Positions 25,836 to 34,009 of a DNA stretch of 42,422 nt are shown here, piece by piece (positions within the stretch are counted from its first letter, which is position 1; each line of letters begins with the position of its first letter). Under the pieces are notes generated by a model. That model did not search any database and was not told the DNA's origin. It worked only from the letters and a program-made list of their open reading frames with translations. The translations under genes were made by a program, and so were the position numbers. Origin of the DNA: Candidatus Methylomirabilia bacterium (GTDB taxonomy: Bacteria; Methylomirabilota; Methylomirabilia; Rokubacteriales; CSP1-6); the NCBI GenBank assembly GCA_041492755.1, contig JBGPXN010000020.1:1-42422 (forward strand), written 5' to 3'.

Positions 25836-26435
25836 TCACTGGAGCTGGGCGAGGAACTGCGCCCGTCGATTCTTGGCCCAGCACGCCTCGTTGCGGTCGG
25901 CGCAGAGCGGGCGTTCCTCTCCGTACGAGACCATCGTGATCCGGGTCGCCGCGACCCCGCGCGCCACGAGGTAGTTCAGCGTCGCCTTGGCGCGCCGTTC
26001 ACCGAGCACCACGTTGTACTCGTTGGTCCCGCGCGCGTCGCAGTGCCCCTCGATCATGACCAGATACTTCGGATTGGTCTTGAGCCAGTTCGCATTGGCG
26101 TCGAGGATCTTCGCGTCGCCCGGACGGATCACGTACGTGTCGAAGTCGAAGTGGATATCGCGGAGCGCATCCATGCGGACGAACGCGCCCGGGGCCGGCC
26201 GGGTCGCGGTGGCGGCAGCGGGGGCCGGGACCGCGGGGGTCGTCGGTGCCGCCGCGCCCGGCCCTTGACTCACGGGCCGGACGGTCTCCGTCTGGCCCGC
26301 CATTCCAGGCCGGTCCGCCGCCGCGCCCGTCGGTGGCGGCGCCGAGGCCACGGTCGTGGCCGGCTGCTTCGCGCACGCGGTGGCCACCACGACGACGAGG
26401 ACAGCCGACAGCAGCATCCGGTACTTGCGCATCAT
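25836..26435 (-). CDS. pal: Peptidoglycan-associated lipoprotein (OmpA-like C-terminal domain)
   Basis: Lipobox ATAC, IHFDFD, IEGHCDARGTNEYN..LGERRA, SYGEERP, NRRA. Confidence 0.85.
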   Translation of the reverse strand: MMRKYRMLLSAVLVVVVATACAKQPATTVASAPPPTGAAADRPGMAGQTETVRPVSQGPGAAAPTTPAVPAPAAATATRPAPGAFVRMDALRDIHFDFDTYVIRPGDAKILDANANWLKTNPKYLVMIEGHCDARGTNEYNVVLGERRAKATLNYLVARGVAATRITMVSYGEERPLCADRNEACWAKNRRAQFLAQLQ

Positions 26436-26914
26436 CGATCCTCCGTTCGCCCCCTTCGGGGCGATGTCCCGAAACGCTTCGATTTCGTGAGCAGCCGCTT
26501 CAGCGATGAGACGAGCGCTGGCCCCTCGGTCTTGAGCTCGGCGACCGACTGCGAGGCCAGTCGCGCGAGCACCTTCTCGCCCTTCGGCAGCAGCCCCACC
26601 ACCACGTGCCGGCGGTCACGCTCGCCCCGGTGCCGCTCGACCATGCGCCGGGCGGCGAGACGATCGACCAGCTGGACGACGCCGTGATGCTGGATCTGGA
26701 GCCGCTCGGCCAGGGCCCGGATCGTCGCTGCTTCGCGTCCTTCCATGCCCTTCACGTGCAACAGGAGGAGATACTGCTGAGGCTCGATCTGTGCGGCGCG
26801 CGCGACGACTTCCCGGACACGGAGGAACCGCCGGAGCTGATATCGCAAGTCCGCGAGCGCCGCGTAGTCGACGGCGAGGGGCGGTCGGGACGGCCGGGCG
26901 CGCGCGCTGGGCAC
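26432..26914 (-). CDS. MarR-family transcriptional regulator
   Basis: wHTH region TIRALAERL..HHGVVQLVDRL and DRR wing motif; stop overlaps the pal start. Confidence 0.85.
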   Translation of the reverse strand: MPSARARPSRPPLAVDYAALADLRYQLRRFLRVREVVARAAQIEPQQYLLLLHVKGMEGREAATIRALAERLQIQHHGVVQLVDRLAARRMVERHRGERDRRHVVVGLLPKGEKVLARLASQSVAELKTEGPALVSSLKRLLTKSKRFGTSPRRGRTEDR

Positions 26915-26937
26915 GGTGGGAGCACCGGGCCGATCTA

Positions 26938-26952
26938 TATCACATCGTGATA
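26938..26952. promoter_or_regulatory. Palindrome TATCAC-N3-GTGATA, putative MarR operator
   Basis: Perfect AT-rich inverted repeat about 24 nt upstream of the marR start in a GC-rich context. Confidence 0.55.
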
Positions 26953-27034
26953 CTGTGGGCCATCCTGGAGGCTCCGTCCACGTCCGACGCGGTGGAAGAG
27001 TACCGCTCGGCGGAGCGGCCGGCCAGGCGCCGAC

Positions 27035-28069
27035 TCAGGCCGCGCCGAGCTCCGTGCGAACCAACGCGGCGCCGGCGCCGAGGGCCCGGAGCTTGCCACG
27101 GGCGACCGCGCGCGCGAGGGGGACCATGCCGCAGTTGGTAGACGGGTAGAGGCGTTCGGGCGGGACGAAGGCCATCGCTTTGCGAATGGTGGCGGCGACG
27201 TCCTCGGGCGTCTCCACGCGCTCGGTCGCCACGTCGATCACGCCGACCATGACGTCCTTGCCGGCGAGCAGGCCCAGCAGCGAGAGCGGCACGCGCGAGT
27301 TGGCGCACTCGAGCGAGACCTGATCGATCCGGCTCTGGGCCAGCAGCGGGAAGGTTTCCTCGTACTGCCGCCACTCGCTCCCGAGCGTCCGCTTCCAGTC
27401 GATGTTCGCCTTGATGCCGTAGCCGTAGCAGATGTGCACCGCCGTGCGGCAGCCGACGCCCTCGATCGCGCGGTGGAGGGCCTCGATCCCCCACGTCCTC
27501 ACGTCCTCCATGTAGACGTTGAACGCCGGCTCGTCGAGCTGCACGACGTCGAGGCCCGCCGCGGCAAGCTCGCGCGCCTCCTCGTTGATGACGCGGGCGA
27601 ACTCGAAGGCGAGCTGGCGCCGGTCGCGGTAATGCTCGTCGGCGAGCGTGTCCACGATCGTCATGGGCCCGGGGATCGTGAACTTGAGCTTGCGAGTGGT
27701 GTGGGCGCGCGCGAACCGGACGTCGCCGCCGTGGATCGGGCCGCGACGCCTGATCGGCCCCGTCACCGTGGGCACCTCGGCCTTGTAGCGGTCCGCGCGG
27801 ATCCCGATCGTCACCCGCCGCGCGAAGTCGATGCCCGCGAGAGACTCCAGGAAGCCGTGCACGAAGTGCTGGCGCGACTGCTCGCCGTCGGTGACGACGT
27901 CGATCCCCGCCGCCTCCTGCTCCTTGATGGCCACGAGCACGGCGTCGCGCTGGCCTTCCCGCAGCGTCTCGGGCGGCAGCCGCCACGGCGCCCACAGGAC
28001 ACCGGGCGTCGCGAGCCAGGCCGGCTTGGGCAGGCTTCCGGCGATCGTGGTGGTCAGCATCGAGGCCAC
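27035..28069 (-). CDS. Cobalamin-independent core methionine synthase, MesD-like
   Basis: AGSLPKPAWL, TDGEQSRQHFV, LDEP, Zn ligands HICYGYG and TNCGM. Single catalytic domain only. ATG 28060 is an alternative start. Confidence 0.85.
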   Translation of the reverse strand: MASMLTTTIAGSLPKPAWLATPGVLWAPWRLPPETLREGQRDAVLVAIKEQEAAGIDVVTDGEQSRQHFVHGFLESLAGIDFARRVTIGIRADRYKAEVPTVTGPIRRRGPIHGGDVRFARAHTTRKLKFTIPGPMTIVDTLADEHYRDRRQLAFEFARVINEEARELAAAGLDVVQLDEPAFNVYMEDVRTWGIEALHRAIEGVGCRTAVHICYGYGIKANIDWKRTLGSEWRQYEETFPLLAQSRIDQVSLECANSRVPLSLLGLLAGKDVMVGVIDVATERVETPEDVAATIRKAMAFVPPERLYPSTNCGMVPLARAVARGKLRALGAGAALVRTELGAA

Positions 28070-28070
28070 T

Positions 28071-28928
28071 CTACTTGATGGCGCCGACCGTGAACCCGGC
28101 GATGAAGCGGTCGAGGAAGAGGTTGTAGAGGAACGCGATCGGGATGCTCGTGATGAGGCAAGCGGCCATCAGCGAGCCCCAGTAGTAGACGTCGCCGCGG
28201 ATGAGGGCGACGGGGACGCCGACGCTCACCGTCATCCGTTGCACCGACGAGATGAAGGTCAGGCTGTAGACGAACTCCTGGATGACCAGGGTGAGCGCGA
28301 AGATCACCACGGTCAGGATTCCGGGGACCGACAGGGGCAGCACCATGCGCCAGATGGCCTCGACCCGGCTGCAGCCGTCCACCATGGCCGACTCCTCCAC
28401 CTCCTTGGGCAGCGACTTGAAGAAGCCCATGAGCAGCCACGTGCAGAACGGCACCGTGAACGTCGGGTAGATGACCACGAGCGACCACAAGCTGTTTTGC
28501 AGGTGGAGCAGCGACACCAGGCGCGAGAACGGGATGAACAGCAGCGTCGACGGCACGAGGTACGTCAGGAAGATTCCGATACCGAGCCGCTCTCCCCACC
28601 GTCCGGTGAGCCGCGCGAGGCTGTACCCGGCGGGCACGGCGAGGAGCAGCGTGATCCCGACCACGACCACGCCCACCCACAGGGTGTTGAAGAGCCAGGT
28701 CGGGTACATCGTCTGGCCGAAGAGCGTGCGCAGGTGATCGAGCGTGGGCGCGCGGTTGAAGATGAACGGGTTGTGCGCGGTGTTGGCGGCGCCGACGTAG
28801 AGGTCCGCGTTCTGCTTGAAGCTCGTCACGACCATCCAGTAGAAGGGAAACACCGCAAACGCGATGAAGCCCAGGATCACGGCCCGGTGACCGACGGTCG
28901 CCACCACGCGCCGCGCCGACCGCGCCAC
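28071..28928 (-). CDS. Carbohydrate ABC transporter permease (MalG-like)
   Basis: FPFYWMVVTSFK and EAA loop EESAMVDGCS. Confidence 0.9.
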   Translation of the reverse strand: MARSARRVVATVGHRAVILGFIAFAVFPFYWMVVTSFKQNADLYVGAANTAHNPFIFNRAPTLDHLRTLFGQTMYPTWLFNTLWVGVVVVGITLLLAVPAGYSLARLTGRWGERLGIGIFLTYLVPSTLLFIPFSRLVSLLHLQNSLWSLVVIYPTFTVPFCTWLLMGFFKSLPKEVEESAMVDGCSRVEAIWRMVLPLSVPGILTVVIFALTLVIQEFVYSLTFISSVQRMTVSVGVPVALIRGDVYYWGSLMAACLITSIPIAFLYNLFLDRFIAGFTVGAIK

Positions 28929-29857
28929 TACAGCACCTCGGCCCGGCGCGACGTGCGCAACATGACCACCGCCATCACGAGCAGCACCGGGAGCAGGAAG
29001 ATCGCGACCGATGCGCCGCGCCCGACGTCACCGCCGAGGACACCGTCCTGGAAGGCGAGGCTGGCCAGCACGTGGGTGGAGTTGTACGGGCCGCCTCGCG
29101 TGAGCAGATAGACGACGCTCATGTCCGTGAACGTGAAGACCACGCCGAAGAGGACGGCCACCGTGAGGATGGGCAGCATCATCGGCACCGTCACCCGGAA
29201 CATCTTGGAGAAATACCCGGCGCCGTCGATGTCGGCCGCCTCGTGCACCTCGGCGGGAATCGAGGTCAGGCCGGCGAGCAGGATGACGGTCGAGAAGGGC
29301 AGCATCCGCCAGACGTGGATGATGATGATGGCGGTCATGCCGAGCGTGGTGTCGCCGAGCCAGTAGTACCACTGCCCCGGTCCCAGCCACCCCGCCACCT
29401 TCAGCACCCAGTTGATGACGCTGAACGTGGAGTCGAAGATCCACAGCCACCCCAGGGTCGCCAGCGAGATGGGCGCTGCCCACGGCATCAGGATGAGAAA
29501 GCGCGCGATCGATTTCCCGAAGAACGGCTTCATGAGTGCCCGCGCCAGGACGTTCCCCAGCACTATCACCGTCAGCTGCGACACGAACGTGAACACAAAG
29601 GTGTTGCGCAGCGCCCGCCGGAACACCGCATTGCCGACGACGTTCTCGAAGTTCTGCAACCCCACGAACGAAAACTCGAGACTCCCCGCCGACGAGTTCG
29701 TGAGACTCAAGAACACCGCGAGCAGAAACGGCACCGCCACCAGCACCACGATGTAGACGACCGCCGGCGCCAGCATGAGCACGCCGAGGATTCGGTCGGC
29801 CCGGCGGATGCTTTCGCGCGGGTGAGCAACAGCAGTGGTGGTAACGACGGTGGCCAC
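28928..29857 (-). CDS. Carbohydrate ABC transporter permease (MalF-like)
   Basis: FVGLQNF and EAA loop EAADIDGA. Confidence 0.9.
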   Translation of the reverse strand: MATVVTTTAVAHPRESIRRADRILGVLMLAPAVVYIVVLVAVPFLLAVFLSLTNSSAGSLEFSFVGLQNFENVVGNAVFRRALRNTFVFTFVSQLTVIVLGNVLARALMKPFFGKSIARFLILMPWAAPISLATLGWLWIFDSTFSVINWVLKVAGWLGPGQWYYWLGDTTLGMTAIIIIHVWRMLPFSTVILLAGLTSIPAEVHEAADIDGAGYFSKMFRVTVPMMLPILTVAVLFGVVFTFTDMSVVYLLTRGGPYNSTHVLASLAFQDGVLGGDVGRGASVAIFLLPVLLVMAVVMLRTSRRAEVL

Positions 29858-29893
29858 GGGAGTGAGTCAGGGGCGGCGTCCGGCCAGCATGCC

Positions 29894-29971
29894 CGGGGGG
29901 TGAGGGCCCCCTGCCGCGAAACTCACGTACAGCCAACGAGGAGTTTCGCGGCAGGGGGCCCTCACACCCCG
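29894..29971. repeat. Long intercistronic inverted repeat with a 25-bp perfect stem
   Basis: 29900-29924 pairs perfectly with 29941-29965 around a 16-nt loop, and extends 5 bp further after one mismatch. Confidence 0.85.
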
Positions 29972-29990
29972 ACGCAAGCTGACAGGAGCG

Positions 29991-31403
29991 CTACTTGTCT
30001 TTGCCCCCGCCCGGAACCATCTTCTTGGAGCGCCACTTCGAGAAGATCTCCTTCGCGCGCCCACTGGCCTCGGCCATGGCGTCCCTGGGCGACAGCGCCC
30101 CGGTCGCCGCCTTGGCGAACATGTCGGTGAGTACGTAGGTGTCGAAGATCTCCCCTTCGGCCGGGTTCGCGAAGCCGGGGTAACCGAGGTTGGTCGACCA
30201 CGGCAGCGACTTCGCCAGCAGCGCCAGCTTGTCGGGCGGGGTGGACCCGAATGGATCCTTGTTGCACTGGGCCGCGATCCAGGCCGCCCCCGACTCCGCC
30301 TTCTTGTTCAGCGGCGTGCCCGGCTCGGCGGCCGCGCCGGAGAACGAGGGAAAGTTGTACAGCTTGGAGGCCATCATCGATTCGCGGGACGCGTCCACCA
30401 GCGCGACCAGGAATTCCTTGGCCACGTCCTGATTCTTCGAGAACTTCCACACGACGTAGCCGCTCATGACGTGTTCGGAGGCGAGCTGGATGCCCGTCGG
30501 CCCCTTGAGGGCCGGAGTGAAGAAGTAGTGCTCCAGCACGGGCAGCTTGTTGTCCTGCGCGGTCCGGTACGCGGAGATCGAGTTGAGGATGTACGACGTC
30601 TCCTGCGCGTTGAACGCCTGGTTGTTGGAGGCGGCGTTCCACGACAGCACGGCCTGCGTCATGCCCACGGAGTAGAGCTTCTTCGTGTACTCGAGCGCCT
30701 TCAGCGTCTCCGGAGAGTTGAGGACGACGTTGCCGTCCTTGTCCTGGATGGAGCCGCCGTGGCACCACAGGATGTTGCGCACGGCCATGTTCGAGTCGAT
30801 GTCCTGGCTCAGCCCGACCCCGATGGGGATCTGCATCTGCGGCGCGACCTTCTTGACTTCGGGCGCCGCCCACACCAGGTCGTCGTAGGTGACCGGCCCG
30901 TTCGGCTTGCCGATCTTGGTCCAGACCTCCTTGTGGTAGTTGCCGGGGTCGGGCACCCACATGTCGGACAGCGCGAACTGCTTCTTCGTGAACGGGTTGT
31001 ACGTCGACCGGCGCGCGAGCTCGACCTGCTTGCCGTACTTCTTCTCGAGCGTGGTCACGACGTCCCCGAGGTCGACGATGTGCTCCTCGAAGGCGCTCGC
31101 GAGCCCCAGGAACATGTGGACGTCGTGACCCGACTGGGCCGCCACCTCGGCGGTCGCGCGCGGAACGACGTCCGCGAAGCCGACGTGGTCGACGGTGACG
31201 TCCACCCCGCGCTTCGCCCCCCACTCCTTCGCCCAGGGGTCGAACCACTTGTCGTAGGCGGGGACGAAGTGACTCCACTGGAGGACCTTGAGCTGCCCGG
31301 CCGCGCGAGCGTCACGCACGAGGATCGTGGGTCCGGTGACGGCGGCGGCGGCGGCGGCGACGAGCGTGGTGCCTTTGACGATGAATTGTCGACGAGTGTG
31401 CAT
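29991..31403 (-). CDS. Sugar ABC transporter solute-binding protein with Tat-type signal
   Basis: GGAGG SD before MHTRRQFI (twin Arg); LQWSHFVPAYD and WNAASNNQAF motifs; upstream of two permeases. The ORF-track start at 31922 overlaps the rhomboid gene and is not used. Confidence 0.88.
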   Translation of the reverse strand: MHTRRQFIVKGTTLVAAAAAAVTGPTILVRDARAAGQLKVLQWSHFVPAYDKWFDPWAKEWGAKRGVDVTVDHVGFADVVPRATAEVAAQSGHDVHMFLGLASAFEEHIVDLGDVVTTLEKKYGKQVELARRSTYNPFTKKQFALSDMWVPDPGNYHKEVWTKIGKPNGPVTYDDLVWAAPEVKKVAPQMQIPIGVGLSQDIDSNMAVRNILWCHGGSIQDKDGNVVLNSPETLKALEYTKKLYSVGMTQAVLSWNAASNNQAFNAQETSYILNSISAYRTAQDNKLPVLEHYFFTPALKGPTGIQLASEHVMSGYVVWKFSKNQDVAKEFLVALVDASRESMMASKLYNFPSFSGAAAEPGTPLNKKAESGAAWIAAQCNKDPFGSTPPDKLALLAKSLPWSTNLGYPGFANPAEGEIFDTYVLTDMFAKAATGALSPRDAMAEASGRAKEIFSKWRSKKMVPGGGKDK

Positions 31404-31492
31404 GAATAACCTCCGGTCAGGGGGTGACCAGGCCATATAGGTAACTGCGGCGACCACCGCGCATGCCCAAACGGGGAGGGTATCACATCCGC

Positions 31493-32194
31493 TCAGTGCA
31501 GCAGCCACGCGACGGTCGCGTAGGCGACGAGCGCGGCGTACACGGCGAGCCAGCGCCGGATGCTCGGCCCGCGCTCCGGCGGCAGCGGCTCCAGCACCGT
31601 CGGGTGCAGCCGGCGCGCGATCAGCGCGCCGGTGACGGCGCCGCCCAGGTGGGCGCCGTTGTCGATGTAGGGCGTGAAGAAGCCGCCGATGATCGAGTAG
31701 AGCGCCCAGACGAGCAGGACGAAGCCGATGCGCCGATCGCGGACGAGCAGGCGCTCGCGGTGCCGGCGGAAGATCACGATCGCCGCGCCCTGCAGTCCGA
31801 AGATCGCGCCCGACGCGCCGACGGACGGGCCGGGGCTCAGCATCAGGCTGACCAGCGAGCCGCCGAGCGCGCTGGTGAGATACAGGATCACGAACTGGGA
31901 GCGCCCGACGGCGTGCTCGCACACCATGCCGAGGATGAAGACCGCGATGGCGTTGGAGATGAAATGCTCCGCGCTCCCGTGAAGGAACGGCGCGGTGAGC
32001 AGGCGCCAGTATTCGCCGCCCGCGACCGCGGACCGCTCGAGGGCGCCGGCGGCCACGATGGCGTCGCGGCCGTCGAGGGAGCCGACCGCCGCCTCGCCGG
32101 CGAAGATGACGCCGAGGACGACGACGAGCGCGAGCGTCACCGGCGGTGTCCGCCGCATCCGGCGCTCGAAATCGACGCGCCGGCTCAGCAGCAT
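31493..32194 (-). CDS. Rhomboid family intramembrane serine protease
   Basis: WRLLTAPFLH, HFISN, GASG (catalytic Ser) and AHLGG (catalytic His). Confidence 0.9.
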   Translation of the reverse strand: MLLSRRVDFERRMRRTPPVTLALVVVLGVIFAGEAAVGSLDGRDAIVAAGALERSAVAGGEYWRLLTAPFLHGSAEHFISNAIAVFILGMVCEHAVGRSQFVILYLTSALGGSLVSLMLSPGPSVGASGAIFGLQGAAIVIFRRHRERLLVRDRRIGFVLLVWALYSIIGGFFTPYIDNGAHLGGAVTGALIARRLHPTVLEPLPPERGPSIRRWLAVYAALVAYATVAWLLH

Positions 32195-32273
32195 GGCGGG
32201 TGTGATACGGATCGGCTGCTCTGATGGACCCAACGTCAGGCGCCGGTCGGCGATCGGGATGCTGCGATCGAGG

Positions 32274-32801
32274 TCATTCGAGCAACAGGTAGTAGATGGC
32301 GTTGGCGTCGAGGGCGCCGGTGGCGCTGCGCGCGTACTTCGGGATGGAGCCGACGAAGGTCCAGCCGCACGCGCGGTAGAGGCGTTCGGATTCGTCGCCG
32401 AGGCGGGTGTCGAGGAAGAGCGTCGCGAGGCCGCGGGTTCGTGCATCCTGCTGGACCGCCGCCATGAGCTGCGCGCCGATTCCCTGGCGGCGGTGGGCGC
32501 GATGGACCATGAGCTTCGCGAGCTCGGCGCGGTGGCGGCCGTTGGCGCGGTCTTCGAGGTGCAGCTGCACCGTCCCGACGACATCGGCGGCGCGGCGCGC
32601 GACCAGGAGCACGGTGGCGCCGCGCGCGACAGCGTCCAGCGCCGACTCCCAGTAGGCGCGCGCCTCGCCCGGCGCGAGCGGCGGCAGAAATCCGATCGAG
32701 GCGCCGCCGGCCACGGCGTCCTCCAGAACGCCGATCAAGCCCGGCAGCGCGGCGCGCGCCGTCCCCGCGGTCAGGATCTCCACGGCAGCCGGGTCCCCCA
32801 C
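32274..32801 (-). CDS. GNAT N-acetyltransferase
   Basis: GASIGFL, HRAELAKLMV, acetyl-CoA motif RRQGIG. Confidence 0.88.
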   Translation of the reverse strand: MGDPAAVEILTAGTARAALPGLIGVLEDAVAGGASIGFLPPLAPGEARAYWESALDAVARGATVLLVARRAADVVGTVQLHLEDRANGRHRAELAKLMVHRAHRRQGIGAQLMAAVQQDARTRGLATLFLDTRLGDESERLYRACGWTFVGSIPKYARSATGALDANAIYYLLLE

Positions 32802-32804
32802 GGC

Positions 32805-33740
32805 TTACCGGCGCTCGCCGGTGTCGAGCATGACGCCGAGAGCGAGGGCGACGCGCCGGTCGAAACGGCGCTCGGCATCGGCGGTGAGGTCGAGCACGTA
32901 CCGGTCGAGCAGCGTGAACTTGCGATTGAACTCGCCGAGCACGGTGTCGTCCTGCTCGCCGCCCGCCCACATCAGCACGAAGTTGGTCCGCAGGAGGCCG
33001 AAGAACGAGCCGAGAACGCGCCGCAGGAGCGACAGCACGATCGAGTCCTCGATGGCGAGGGCGACCACGCGGCCGCCCGGAGTCTCGACGTACCAGCGCT
33101 TGCGGAGCAGGTTGTGCGCGTAGTTCTTCCGCAGGCGCATCAGGATCTCGCCCGTCGCCCCCAGCACCGTGTACGTCCGCACGAGGAGGGCGACCCGCTG
33201 GTCCTGGAGCACACGCGTCATGACTTCGCGGCGCGAGTCGTCTCGATAGACGGTGACGTGGCGCCGGGGCCGCGCCGACATCGAGACCACCAGGAAGGCG
33301 AAGACGGCCAGGCCCCCGGCCACGAGCGCCAGCAGCGGCTCCATCACGCTGTCACCGCGGCTGCGCGGCGCAACCCTGGCCACCCAGCTACCGACCATCG
33401 TGAACGCGACGAAACCCAGCAGGTAGGCCAGGATGGTTCGCACCAGGAACGTCGGGCGCTCGACGTAGAGGATCGGCGTGCCCCCTTCGTCCCAGACTTC
33501 GTACTTCGAGGTGATGGTGAACACGCGCTCGCGGAGCAGGAAGACGTCGCGGTCGAAGGCGGGATCGACGGCGGGCGCGAGGGGTCGGACGAACCCCGGT
33601 CCCGCGCCCGCCCGCAAATGGCGGTTGCACACGGGGCACTCGAGGAGCCGGCCCGCGAACTCCGGGCGAAGCTCGTAGACCTCCCCGCAGGGGCAGGCGA
33701 CGACGACGCCGTTCACGTGGCGGGCCGGACTGTCGGTCAC
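32805..33740 (-). CDS. Zn-ribbon plus scramblase/LURP-one-like membrane protein
   Basis: CPCG...CPVC knuckles; FLLRERVFTI..KYEVWDE; two TM helices; C-terminal KFTLLDRYVLDL..DRRVALALGVMLD. Start uncertain (33740 or 33833). Confidence 0.6.
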   Translation of the reverse strand: MTDSPARHVNGVVVACPCGEVYELRPEFAGRLLECPVCNRHLRAGAGPGFVRPLAPAVDPAFDRDVFLLRERVFTITSKYEVWDEGGTPILYVERPTFLVRTILAYLLGFVAFTMVGSWVARVAPRSRGDSVMEPLLALVAGGLAVFAFLVVSMSARPRRHVTVYRDDSRREVMTRVLQDQRVALLVRTYTVLGATGEILMRLRKNYAHNLLRKRWYVETPGGRVVALAIEDSIVLSLLRRVLGSFFGLLRTNFVLMWAGGEQDDTVLGEFNRKFTLLDRYVLDLTADAERRFDRRVALALGVMLDTGERR

Positions 33741-33933
33741 GCGGACGGAGCGTCCGCCGGCGGCACCGCCCACTTCGTCGCGTCGGACGTGCCCAGGATC
33801 CGAGGAGACATCGTCACACCTCGTGGCGAACATTGAGTGGTGGCCCGATTCTACCGCGCCCGTGCTCAGGCGTGGCGCGTCCGTGCTCGGGCCTGGCGCT
33901 GCGCGCGGTCGGGCGCCGACGCGGCCCCGCTCA

Positions 33934-34009
33934 GAGGGTGTGAGCGAATTCGAGGCCCGCCACGGGTTTCCCGGTATGGGGGGTCATTTCGGGGCCCCCC
34001 ATGTATTCA
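33934..34009 (-). repeat. Family B hairpin repeat, copy 5 (short variant)
   Basis: Minus strand reads TGAATACATGGGGGGCCCCGAAATGACCCCCCATACCGGGAAACCCG..., starting at the stop codon of the molybdoprotein gene. Confidence 0.7.

Noticed and set aside
7329..34009. Repeats as a CRISPR array or integron attC sites
   Set aside because: They are dispersed over kilobases with no regular spacers, there is no cas or integrase gene, and the flanking genes are ordinary chromosomal genes in mixed orientation.
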